A stretch of 64,000 nucleotides of DNA, taken from Oculatellaceae cyanobacterium bins.114. Its GTDB lineage: Bacteria > Cyanobacteriota > Cyanobacteriia > Elainellales > Elainellaceae. Positions 42,077-51,483 of this stretch are shown in pieces; within the stretch, counting starts at the first letter, position 1; each line of letters starts with the position of its first letter. The notes under the pieces were generated by a model. The model saw only the letters and a list, made by a program, of their open reading frames with translations. It did no database searches and was not told the origin of the DNA. The stretch covers positions 54,385 to 118,384 of the forward strand of contig JANRJA010000203.1 of assembly GCA_033764315.1 (NCBI GenBank), written 5' to 3'. Made by a program: the position numbers and the translations under genes.

Positions 42077-42124
42077 AAGCCAGTTGTCAGTTGCGATCGC
42101 AACCCTCTCAAACACGACATTAAT

Positions 42125-42293
42125 TTAACGTCAGCTTGGTTTAAGCAGCTCAGCGAATAAATTCGCGACTACCAGAGCAAAGTCCGCCGTCGCGGACTAC
42201 CAAAATCAAAGGTTTACTGAACCGACGCAGGTCGGTTTTGCTCATATAGCAGCGGTTTCAACCGCCAAAATCCTTATCCCGAACTCAGGTTAA
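42125..42293. mobile_element. MITE-like element, family B (copy 2)
   Basis: TIR TTAACGTCAGCTTGG / CCGAACTCAGGTTAA; colinear with 31280-31446. Confidence 0.8.
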
Positions 42294-42378
42294 TTTAGAC
42301 GCAAAGGGGTAGCATCCAGCAGGTCAGCTCTCAGATGACCCCAAAACCGCTTGCCTGAATGCTACACCCTCACTTTCT

Positions 42379-43437
42379 TTAACGTTGCACCAACCGGATC
42401 TCGCTCGGTTCACTCGTCTCATTGCCTAAACGAGCGGTCGCTCTAACCGTGTATTCAACACTGGGAACAGGGATACGAGGTTGAGGCACTTGAACCCGAA
42501 ACTCGCCCTGGCTGTTTGCCCGAATATCGCGATCGACCAGTGTTTCACTGCCAATGTTGCCGAGGTCAACACCCAACACCGAGACGCGAGATATAACATT
42601 AACCCGCACACTGGCATTAGGACGGGTTTGGCCGATTAAGGTAAACCCATTATCACTGACGCGATCGCCATCCTGGTGACTGGTAAACCGGGGCTTTAGA
42701 TCCGTCGTGGTTGAACTTCCTGTATTCCCTGTGTTCCCTGTATTCCCAGAAGAGGGGGTTTGCCCTGTGGAACTTGTTTCACCCCAGGCAAAGGGTTGAG
42801 CCGCCGCTGCATAAACAGACTGATTTTGCCGCCGCAGACGACCCACAACCACTCCCTCAGCAACGCGATCGCCCGATCGCACTGAGATGGTTGCTACATA
42901 GACCCCACTCGATCGCTCTTGAGCCGCCACTTCTCGAACCGTTCGACCATCTTGAATCAACAACACCGATGCTTCAGACCCAGGTGTGCCGTTGATGGTC
43001 ACGGAGAGGGTTGATCCAGGAGATTGGGTTGTGCCCACGGCATTGTGGGTGACAGAGGTAATGCGTACCAACTGCGGCTGTTGTACGTTAAACGACCAAC
43101 TTGCCGTGCGTTGTTCTCCGCGAACATTGCGATATTGCACCTGCACCTGCACCTGACCAACGGGCAGCGGTTGATCTGGACGATAGGTAAAAAAGCTGCG
43201 CGTAATCGTGCTGCGACTGGTGACATCTTGTCCGTTCACTAAAATTCGTACCGAACTCGGATCAACTGCTGGAGTTGTTTCAAATTCCCCAGAGATAGAA
43301 GTATCCGGTGCAACGTTTTGACTATTCACCGCTGGGGTTTGCTCCACCACCTGTTGAGCCAAACCGACACTTGATAAAGCATGAGACGTGATAAGCAACC
43401 CTGTTGCCATCAATATCATCGAAATTCTTGTGTTCAT
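42379..43437 (-). CDS. Secreted hypothetical protein with Ig-like beta domains
   Basis: Signal peptide, beta-rich domains, Gly/Ser/Thr linker. Confidence 0.75.
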   Translation of the reverse strand: MNTRISMILMATGLLITSHALSSVGLAQQVVEQTPAVNSQNVAPDTSISGEFETTPAVDPSSVRILVNGQDVTSRSTITRSFFTYRPDQPLPVGQVQVQVQYRNVRGEQRTASWSFNVQQPQLVRITSVTHNAVGTTQSPGSTLSVTINGTPGSEASVLLIQDGRTVREVAAQERSSGVYVATISVRSGDRVAEGVVVGRLRRQNQSVYAAAAQPFAWGETSSTGQTPSSGNTGNTGNTGSSTTTDLKPRFTSHQDGDRVSDNGFTLIGQTRPNASVRVNVISRVSVLGVDLGNIGSETLVDRDIRANSQGEFRVQVPQPRIPVPSVEYTVRATARLGNETSEPSEIRLVQR

Positions 43438-43569
43438 AATGAATTAGACATTAAGCATTCCCGCTGCTATTAAGAAGTAACTATTGAGGCTCAAGTTCCA
43501 GTATTTCAACTGTCTTAACCGGCTCATTTACCACAATCCTTTTTCTAAGATATTGAGTATAAATACTTT

Positions 43570-43649
43570 GGCAATCCTTTAAAAGTAATGATTTTTGAGT
43601 AAGGATATGCCGCACAGAGCGCAGCAATCCTTACTTGTTTAGGACTACC
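43570..43649. mobile_element. MITE-like element, family A (copy 2) with 8-bp target-site duplication
   Basis: Flanked by AATACTTT at 43562-43569 and 43650-43657. Confidence 0.8.
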
Positions 43650-44221
43650 AATACTTTTTAGATTAGATAATCAGTTACACAAATACACAAGATTATTGAT
43701 TTCTATAAAGCTTCTTGATGAATCAATGCACACCCAGGTTATTCTAGGGGTTGATTCAGGCTCTTTCAGAAAAAGAAAATCAGTATTTATACTTGATCGA
43801 CTTGTTTTCTTTAATTCATAAAAGAAACTCAAGGTAGAGTATCGACTTTGGGTTAATATCGGGTCAACATTTGTCAAAAGCCTGATTTTGATGAGGCTCC
43901 TTCGTATTTCCTCAAAGCCTCACTGAGCAAAGCTTGTAGGGTTTAGATACAATCTGAAACCCTTAATATTTATATCTTACGGAGATTAAAAAATCACGTT
44001 AGAAATAAGGAATTTTCAGGGCTTTAACAAGCTACGTTTTTAAAGATTTCTACCTATACTCGGAGGCTGGAGCAAAGCTTGTATTCATTTAACCTATAAA
44101 GTTTTATAACTAATAGTCTGAAATGAATCGTTAGAAACTTTAACCCATTGATAAACGCCAAAGAACAATAGGGGATCTACTGAAATTAATTTTCAAAACT
44201 CCTTTTGAACACATTTCAGTT

Positions 44222-46318
44222 ATGAATTTAAAACAGTTAGAACAGCTGCGTCAGTGTTGTCTTGATCAGGCAGCGCTTGAGCGGATGCAACAGATCGTTG
44301 CAGATGAATTGGAGCAAGTTCAGTTTGAGCAACAACGAGCTTTATTCAGAGTCATCGCCAAAATTCGCGAGTCTTTAGACTTAGAGACTATTTTTAAGAC
44401 AACCGTGACAGAACTGAGGCAGTTGTTGAATTCTGACCGGGTTGCTGTGTTCAAGTTCTATCGCAATGCTGGCTATAACGATGGCGAATTTGTGTCAGAG
44501 GATGTGCTGCCACAGTTTCCATCGACGTTGTCAGCGCAAGTGCATGATCATTGTTTTGGTCAGCAATATGCCATCCATTATCTGGGAGGGCGCATTCAAG
44601 CTGTTGCCGATATTCAAAATGCGGGGTTGCAACCTTGTCATGTGGATGTGTTGGCAAAGTTTCAGGTGCGGGCTAATTTGATTGTGCCGCTGTTGCAGAG
44701 CGATCGCCTCTGGGGGCTGTTGTGTGTGCATCAGTGTGCCAGTCCACGCCTTTGGAAAACCACTGAGATTGAGTTCACCAAACAAATTGCTGATCACTTA
44801 GGGGTGGCGTTGCAACAAGCTAAATTGGTTGAACAAACGACACGGCAAGCCAACCAACAAAAGGCGTTGCTGTCGGTGGTTAGCAAGATTCGGGAATCGT
44901 TGGATCTAGAAACGATTTTTAAGTCAACCGCGAGGGAGGTCCGTCGTTTACTCAATGCCGATCGGGTGGGGGTGTTTCGGTTTGACCCAGACTCAAGCTA
45001 TGACGCAGGCACATTTGTCTCAGAGGATGTGTTGTCAGGCTTTGACTCTGTATTGGCGGCCAAAGTGGAAGATCACTGCTTTGGTGACAGCTATTCGCTG
45101 CACTATCAACATGGACGCATTCAGGCGATCGATGATGTCCAAAATTCCAGCTTAAAGGGTTGCCACATTGAGGTGTTAAGCCGCTTTCAAATTCGCGCCA
45201 ATCTGGTGGTGCCATTGCTTCAAGGAGATACCCTCTGGGGTCTACTGTGCATTCACCAGTGCGCTCACGCCCGACGCTGGCAGGCACACGAAGTTGAGTT
45301 TGTCATGCAAATTGCGAATCATTTGGGAATTGCTTTGCAACAAGCAGAACTGTTGGCCCAAACTCGTACCCAATCTCAAGAGTTGGCCGAGGCTCTGATG
45401 GAGCTTCAGGTGGCTCAAACTCAACTGATTCACAAAGAGAAAATGTCTAGCCTGGGGCAGTTAGTGGCTGGAGTAGCGCATGAAATCAACAATCCAGTGA
45501 ATTTTATTTATGGCAATCTGAACTATGCCAATCAATATGCCAAAGACCTGCTGGAGTTGCTGCTGCTCTATCAAGAGCACTATCCCAAGCCTCCTGGAGA
45601 GTTAGGCGATCGCGCCGAGCAGATCGACCTGGACTTCATCAGAGAAGACTTTCCACGCATGTTGAACTCCATGCAAATTGGAGCCGATCGCATTCGCCAA
45701 ATTGTGCTGTCCTTGCGAACCTTTTCACGGCTTGACGAAGCGGATATGAAACCCGTCAATATCCACGAGGGGTTAGACAGCACACTAATGATCTTGCAAC
45801 ATCGACTCAACTCTAAAACTAGCCCTATCACCATCGATGTGATTAAGGAGTATGGCGACTTGCCCCTGATCGAGTGCTATCCCAGCCAATTGAATCAGGT
45901 GTTTATGAACATTCTCACGAATGCGATCGACGCCTTAGTTGGAGATGAGGATGCGATCCACCCATCCCTCTTGTCAGCCTTGCCTCTAGACCACCAGCCC
46001 AAGCAAATCGTGATTCGCACTGAACTAGTTACCGATGGTGACAATTCTCGAGCTGTGATTCGCATTGCAGATAATGGTTCTGGCGTTCCTGATGCGATTC
46101 AATCTAAGCTCTTCAACCCCTTCTTTACGACAAAACCAACTGGTAAAGGCACAGGGTTAGGATTGTCGATCAGCCATCAAATTGTGGTTGAACGTCACGG
46201 AGGAGTGTTGAAATATACCTCTCAGTTAGGTCAAGGAACCGAATTTTGGATTGAGATTCCAACACATCAACTCCAGGTCAACAAAGCCTTCAGTTTCTCT
46301 GCACAGACGTCACTTTAA
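44222..46318 (+). CDS. Tandem DXCF cyanobacteriochrome GAF-GAF histidine kinase
   Basis: Both GAFs have DHCF plus CH (QPCHV, KGCHI); AHEINNP, NAIDA and GTGLGL kinase boxes. Confidence 0.9.
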   Translation: MNLKQLEQLRQCCLDQAALERMQQIVADELEQVQFEQQRALFRVIAKIRESLDLETIFKTTVTELRQLLNSDRVAVFKFYRNAGYNDGEFVSEDVLPQFPSTLSAQVHDHCFGQQYAIHYLGGRIQAVADIQNAGLQPCHVDVLAKFQVRANLIVPLLQSDRLWGLLCVHQCASPRLWKTTEIEFTKQIADHLGVALQQAKLVEQTTRQANQQKALLSVVSKIRESLDLETIFKSTAREVRRLLNADRVGVFRFDPDSSYDAGTFVSEDVLSGFDSVLAAKVEDHCFGDSYSLHYQHGRIQAIDDVQNSSLKGCHIEVLSRFQIRANLVVPLLQGDTLWGLLCIHQCAHARRWQAHEVEFVMQIANHLGIALQQAELLAQTRTQSQELAEALMELQVAQTQLIHKEKMSSLGQLVAGVAHEINNPVNFIYGNLNYANQYAKDLLELLLLYQEHYPKPPGELGDRAEQIDLDFIREDFPRMLNSMQIGADRIRQIVLSLRTFSRLDEADMKPVNIHEGLDSTLMILQHRLNSKTSPITIDVIKEYGDLPLIECYPSQLNQVFMNILTNAIDALVGDEDAIHPSLLSALPLDHQPKQIVIRTELVTDGDNSRAVIRIADNGSGVPDAIQSKLFNPFFTTKPTGKGTGLGLSISHQIVVERHGGVLKYTSQLGQGTEFWIEIPTHQLQVNKAFSFSAQTSL

Positions 46319-46419
46319 CTGCATTGCAACAGACACAACTACATTGCAACGGACAGCCAATCCACCTCCTACTATGAAGGCAGATGCCATGCTCCTTCAT
46401 TTTAAATTCTAAGATTGCG

Positions 46420-47232
46420 ATGACACTCCCTGATTCGTTAACGATCGCCTCTTATCTGGCTCCCAACATGCTGTGGTTTTATGAGGCTGTAGCCCAGTAT
46501 TTAGAGCGATCGCTCTCACTGCCAGTGCAGATCACGCCCAGTCGGATTGACCCACTTGAGGATCCGATGCTGTTGCAAGACCAGTGCGATTTAGCGTTTA
46601 TCTGTGGGTTGCCCTTAGTTCGCTATCAAGCGATCGCCCCTCACCAGTTGCAAGCCCTGGTTGCCCCCGTCATGCAAGCCTCACGATATGGCGATCGCCC
46701 AGTTTATTTCTCCGATATTGTCGTCAATGCCAACAGCGAAATAACGAGTTTTGAGCAATTAGCAGGCACCGTATTTTGCTACAACGATTTGGGGTCTAAC
46801 AGTGGCTATAACCTGATGCGCCATCGCTTGATGCAGGGTGGCCATCCCGCTAACTTTTTTGGTCAGGTGGTGCCCTCTGGGTCACACCAAACGTCAATGC
46901 AATGGGTGGCTGAAGGCAAAGCCACCTGTGCTGCCATTGATAGCACGGTACTAGAGCAGGAATATCGCAAATTACCAGACCTGGCGCGATCGCTGCGAGT
47001 GATCGAATCGGTCGGTCCCTGCCCGATTCCACCATTGGTCGGCGCACAACGACTGGGCGCAGCAACCCTCAACCACCTACAAGCCGTGTTATTAGAACCT
47101 GATGCCGAGCTGCGATCGCACCTGCAACAGGCAGGCATTCAACGCTTTGCCGCCGTTCAACCTGAAGATTATGAGGCGATCGCCCAGATTTACACGACGA
47201 CCTTGAGCAATGGGTATGCCACGATTTTGTGA
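46420..47232 (+). CDS. PhnD/SsuA-like phosphate/phosphonate-binding fold protein
   Basis: DLAFICGLP, PVYFSDIVV, SNSGY, SGSH and AAIDS motifs; no signal peptide seen. Confidence 0.82.
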   Translation: MTLPDSLTIASYLAPNMLWFYEAVAQYLERSLSLPVQITPSRIDPLEDPMLLQDQCDLAFICGLPLVRYQAIAPHQLQALVAPVMQASRYGDRPVYFSDIVVNANSEITSFEQLAGTVFCYNDLGSNSGYNLMRHRLMQGGHPANFFGQVVPSGSHQTSMQWVAEGKATCAAIDSTVLEQEYRKLPDLARSLRVIESVGPCPIPPLVGAQRLGAATLNHLQAVLLEPDAELRSHLQQAGIQRFAAVQPEDYEAIAQIYTTTLSNGYATIL

Positions 47233-47302
47233 GAGCGGCGGTGGAGTTATGAGTCGTAGACGCACTGGGCTGAGGGGTTTAGATCCCTGATTTCTCGGTG
47301 CC

Positions 47303-48562
47303 TCACGCCGACAGTCTGAAGGGAGACCGCACATGAGGATAGCGATCGCCTCTCAGTTGGGCATTTCGGTAGACCTGCTTAAACAGTTGTCGCTGAGCAT
47401 GACTGCCTCCTACTTGCCACAAGTGAGGCAAGACAGGTTTGAGATGGGCGATCGCTTGGTGCCAGTGACCTGAGGCGTGAGCCATTAATCCTTGGGCAGC
47501 AGGAATCACAATCTCAGTCCAGACTCGGCGTTGAGACAGGGGCAGGGCTTGAGTATGAGCTGCCATGCTAGCCAACATCTCATTTGCCAAATGTCGCTGA
47601 TCGGCACGGGCTAGCGCATAGATGTAATGTAAATCTTGAAATGGCAACGCATGTTCATGCAACCGAGGCAGCAAATGGGGAGTGAGTTGTTGCCAATAGG
47701 GTTGCACCTCAGCCCCTTGCAGTTCCAGGCGCAACAACAGTGCAATGGCTCCCACTTGATCCTTGGCTGAGTCTGGACGAGCCTTACCCCAAACATGCTG
47801 GTCATACAAGGCTAAAGCCTGTTGCAAATCACCCTCAGCCAGATAAAACAAAGCCACATGCCACCAATTATGGGTATACAGCATGGAGTTGCAGTCGTCC
47901 CACAAGGGTGCAAACGATTCCATCCAGGCAATGCCGTCTTGCGATCGCCCCTGCATCTCCATCACATGTGCCACGGCATGATGTGCCCAAGGGTTGTGGC
48001 GTTCTAGAGCGATCGCTTGCCGTCCTAGGGCTTCTGCCTCGGCCAATCGGTGACACTGTTCCAAGGCAAAGGCAGTCATTCCCAACCAATAGGGGTTGTT
48101 GGCGTTCTCTGGCAAAACGGTTTCAACGATGTGCAACAATCCAGTTTTATCCCCTTGATAAAAATAGTGATATTGCCCCTGTTGCACCGACAGCAAATCT
48201 TGAGGAAACTGCTCTGCCAGGGTGGTGTGAAGGGCGATCGCTTGGGTCATGTGACCCGTTGCCCAGGCGGCGATCGCTTGAATGTAAAGTTGCTCTCGTT
48301 GGGTGGCAGATGAGCTGTGATGTCGGGCGGAGTCAAGATGGAAAGTGGCTCGGTGTCGGTCAACTGCACTCTCTTGAGAAAGATAGTAAGCCGCCGTATA
48401 AGCATGAGCGATCGCACAGTCAGGATCAGCCGCAACCGCTTCTAAAATACTAGTTTCAGCATCTCGACCATAGACCAGAGCCTGGTGAATGAACCGATTA
48501 ATAGCATTGCTTGCTGCTGTTGAGTCAGTGGTGATCTGTAATCCTTGACTGTCGTAACGCAT
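47303..48562 (-). CDS. TPR protein, TTC38-like
   Basis: NPWAHHAVAHV, HNWWHVAL, LLLRLEL and GGSHAQR motifs. Confidence 0.85.
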   Translation of the reverse strand: MRYDSQGLQITTDSTAASNAINRFIHQALVYGRDAETSILEAVAADPDCAIAHAYTAAYYLSQESAVDRHRATFHLDSARHHSSSATQREQLYIQAIAAWATGHMTQAIALHTTLAEQFPQDLLSVQQGQYHYFYQGDKTGLLHIVETVLPENANNPYWLGMTAFALEQCHRLAEAEALGRQAIALERHNPWAHHAVAHVMEMQGRSQDGIAWMESFAPLWDDCNSMLYTHNWWHVALFYLAEGDLQQALALYDQHVWGKARPDSAKDQVGAIALLLRLELQGAEVQPYWQQLTPHLLPRLHEHALPFQDLHYIYALARADQRHLANEMLASMAAHTQALPLSQRRVWTEIVIPAAQGLMAHASGHWHQAIAHLKPVLPHLWQVGGSHAQRQLFKQVYRNAQLRGDRYPHVRSPFRLSA

Positions 48563-49405
48563 TCCCTTTCTCCAGTTAAAACACGGTAACTTGGTCGGAA
48601 TACCGTAAATTTATAGACTGAGTATGCCATGCAGAGATGGGCGATCGCAAGATTAAAGTACTATTCATTGATAGGATTACTGTAATTTTCAAGCAATGCT
48701 ACAGATCAGCCAATGATATTAAATGGTATTAAAAGAGCCACTCTACTTGAACTCACAATTCCCAGCAAATTGACTCGTTGAGCATATAGCATTTGCATAA
48801 CTCATCCACCAAGGCTAAGCGATATCCCTATGACTAGCAGCAACCCAGTGTAAAACTTCTTCAAATCTGGGTTGAAGACCTTGATTTAGGAATGGCTTCA
48901 GACTTTGATTCAGACATAAGTTGAGTCAAGCTGTTTCCTCCACTAAGAAGGTCACCCAGAAGAACAGGCTTGGAGCTAGTCCCTACAATTCGTGTCAGAC
49001 CATCCAATAGCTATTTCTGTATTAGCAACATAACAGGTATAAAATAAAACTCACTCTTACGGATAAGGTTTAGAGATACTTAGCCAGTGAGGGCATCATT
49101 TGCAGCACCAGACATCAACTCACCTCAGTAAAAAACTATTTTTCAGAGGAGCCATTTAGCTTAAATCTGACGTCTCTAGAGGTTTTTCCAATTTTGAAGG
49201 GGATAGTTCAAATCAAGAAAAGTTATACAGTTTTTCTAAAATTTTCAGTTTCTTTAAACATCTATATAAATCTTGTGTGTTCTTATCTTTGTATTGAAAA
49301 GCTACGACGTGATGCGGGAAACACGGATGAATCGTGAATTTGTGATAGGTTCCTGGTGAACATTTTGATTCAACCCACCCTATCTCAAGGGAACTTAAAC
49401 AAGCC

Positions 49406-51386
49406 ATGGCTTTTGATACCACCTCAAGTTCAATGCTTAACGGGGCTAACGGCTATACCGTTGACCCTTTGTTTACAGTTGGTGAAACCATTGACGGCTA
49501 TACGCCACCTGGAATTCTGGACGGTATTGGTGCCTATGCACTCAACGCCAACACCGTCCGTGTTTTGGTCAACCACGAGTTGGTTGAAGGTAGAAGCTAT
49601 GCCTATCAAGTGCAAGGCGCAAACGGATCTGTAACCATTCCTGGTGGTGCTCGTGTTAGCTACTTTTGATATCAATAAGAGCACGTTTGAAATTACTGAC
49701 TCTGGTCTTGCCTACAACCGCATCTACGACCGGGCTGGCAACATCGTCAACGCTAATACTCAATTGCCGTTTGGTAGCATCAGCCGCTTATGCTCGGCTC
49801 AACTGATTGAGCCTAACCAATTTGGTAATGGAATTGGTCTTACCGATCGCATCTATTTCACAGGCGAAGAGTTTAACAACGGCACTGAATGGGCACTCGA
49901 CACCGCAACCGGAGATTTGTGGGCAGCTCCAGCACTGGGAGCAGCAGCCTGGGAAAACGTCACCGAACTGAATACAGGTCGCACTGACAAAGTAGCGTTG
50001 TTAATTGGAGACGATCGCCAGGGTGCTCCACTCTTACTCTATGTAGGCACCAAAAATCCCAACGGCAACTTCCTCCAACGCAACGGTTTGAGCAACGGTA
50101 AACTTTTTGTTTGGGTTGCCGATGACCCCACCAGTGCCACTGACATCATTGAAGATGATCCCAGTGAGTTTCGTGGAACTCGGAACAGCCTTGCAGGACA
50201 GTTTGTCGAGATCGCCTATTACCGTCCTACCTTGGCAGGCACTCCGGGTTACGACGCTCTAGGCTATGCCACCCAGACCACACAAGATGCTCTGGCAAGA
50301 GCTGTCAGTAACTTCCAGTTCTCGCGTCCTGAAGACGTTTCTACTAACCCTGCCGACGGCACTCAAGCCGTTCTGGCTTCTACAGGTCGGGCTGAGTTTG
50401 CGGGCGGAGCCGACACTTGGGGCACCACTTATCGCATCGATGTCAATTTCAATAACATTGATGCAGCAGGCGGTATCACCGCTCGAGTCGACATTCTCTA
50501 TGATGGAAATGACGCGGGTGCAGGTCAATTCCAAGGGCCTGATTTCGGCTTACGGAGTCCAGACAACCTCGACTGGTCGGAAGATGGCTCTATTTACATC
50601 CAAGAAGATCGCTCTACAACCCCAGCGACATTGTTTGGGGGCACCTCTGGTGAAGAAGCGTCGATCTGGAAACTGAACCCAACCAATGGTGCTTTAACCC
50701 GCATCGGTCAAATCAATCGTTCAGCTGTGCCCACGGGTCAAACTGATAGTAGACCCACTGATCTGGGTAACTGGGAATCTTCTGGTGTTCTGGATGTATC
50801 TGAGCTATTTGGTCAACCTGCCGGAAATTTGTTTGTCTTTGATGTCCAGGCTCATAGCTTGACAGGCGGCCCCATTACCAGTGGCAACCTGGTTGAGGGT
50901 GGTCAACTGTCGCTGCTTTCGACTAACCGGACAATCATTGGTAATGCCAGACCCAACCGCATCACTACCTTTAATGGCAACGATGTCGTGTCAGGTGGCG
51001 GCGGAAATGACATCGTGTCTGCTGGATTTGGTGATGACTTGATTCGAGGAGGCAACGGTGCCGATAGTCTGTCTGCTGGTGGCGGAAATGACACCATCAT
51101 CGCTAGCGCAGGTGCAGACATTTGCATCGGTGGACTGGGAGATGATGTGATCAGAACTGGACTCGGTGCTGATCTGGTTGTCATTGCTCGCGACTCTGGT
51201 TCAGATACAGTCCGTGACTTTAATGTGAGAGCAGGGGACAAGATCGGCTTAAGCGGTGGTCTGCGGTTTAGAAACCTGACATTCTCTGGCGATGACATTC
51301 TTCTACGAGGAACGTCTGAGGTTCTCGTAACCCTCACGGGTGTGAATACAACGACCTTAGGACGCAGCAGTTTTGTGATCGTGTAG
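49406..51386 (+). pseudogene. PhoX-like (DUF839) alkaline phosphatase with RTX Ca-binding tail, frameshifted
   Basis: ORFs 49406-49669 and 49644-51386 join (..RVSYF|DINK..) if one T is removed from TTTT at 49664-49667; RLCSA, FTGEE, WENV, RPED, PDNL, QED and WESSG motifs; GGxGxD repeats. Confidence 0.8.
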
Positions 51387-51405
51387 TCAGCGATCGCGAT
51401 AACTC

Positions 51406-51441
51406 AATAGTGGGGGCTTAGTATACTAAGCCCCCACTATT
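51406..51441. terminator. Perfect 36-bp palindrome, probable bidirectional terminator
   Basis: AATAGTGGGGGCTTAGTATACTAAGCCCCCACTATT between the convergent phosphatase and secA genes. Confidence 0.7.
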
Positions 51442-51483
51442 TATGCTTGAAATTTTCTCTATTTGTTATACCAATTTAGATCG

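Noticed and set aside
43936..43951. TGTA..TACA palindrome upstream of the cyanobacteriochrome kinase as an NtcA box
   Set aside because: The spacer is 9 nt, not 8.
47740..48453. 237-aa plus-strand ORF
   Set aside because: Antisense to the TTC38-like gene, with non-protein-like composition.
49213..49275. Possible Pho box upstream of the PhoX-like gene
   Set aside because: AT-rich TTTAAA/TATAAA units are 12 nt apart and match the 11-nt-period SphR consensus poorly.
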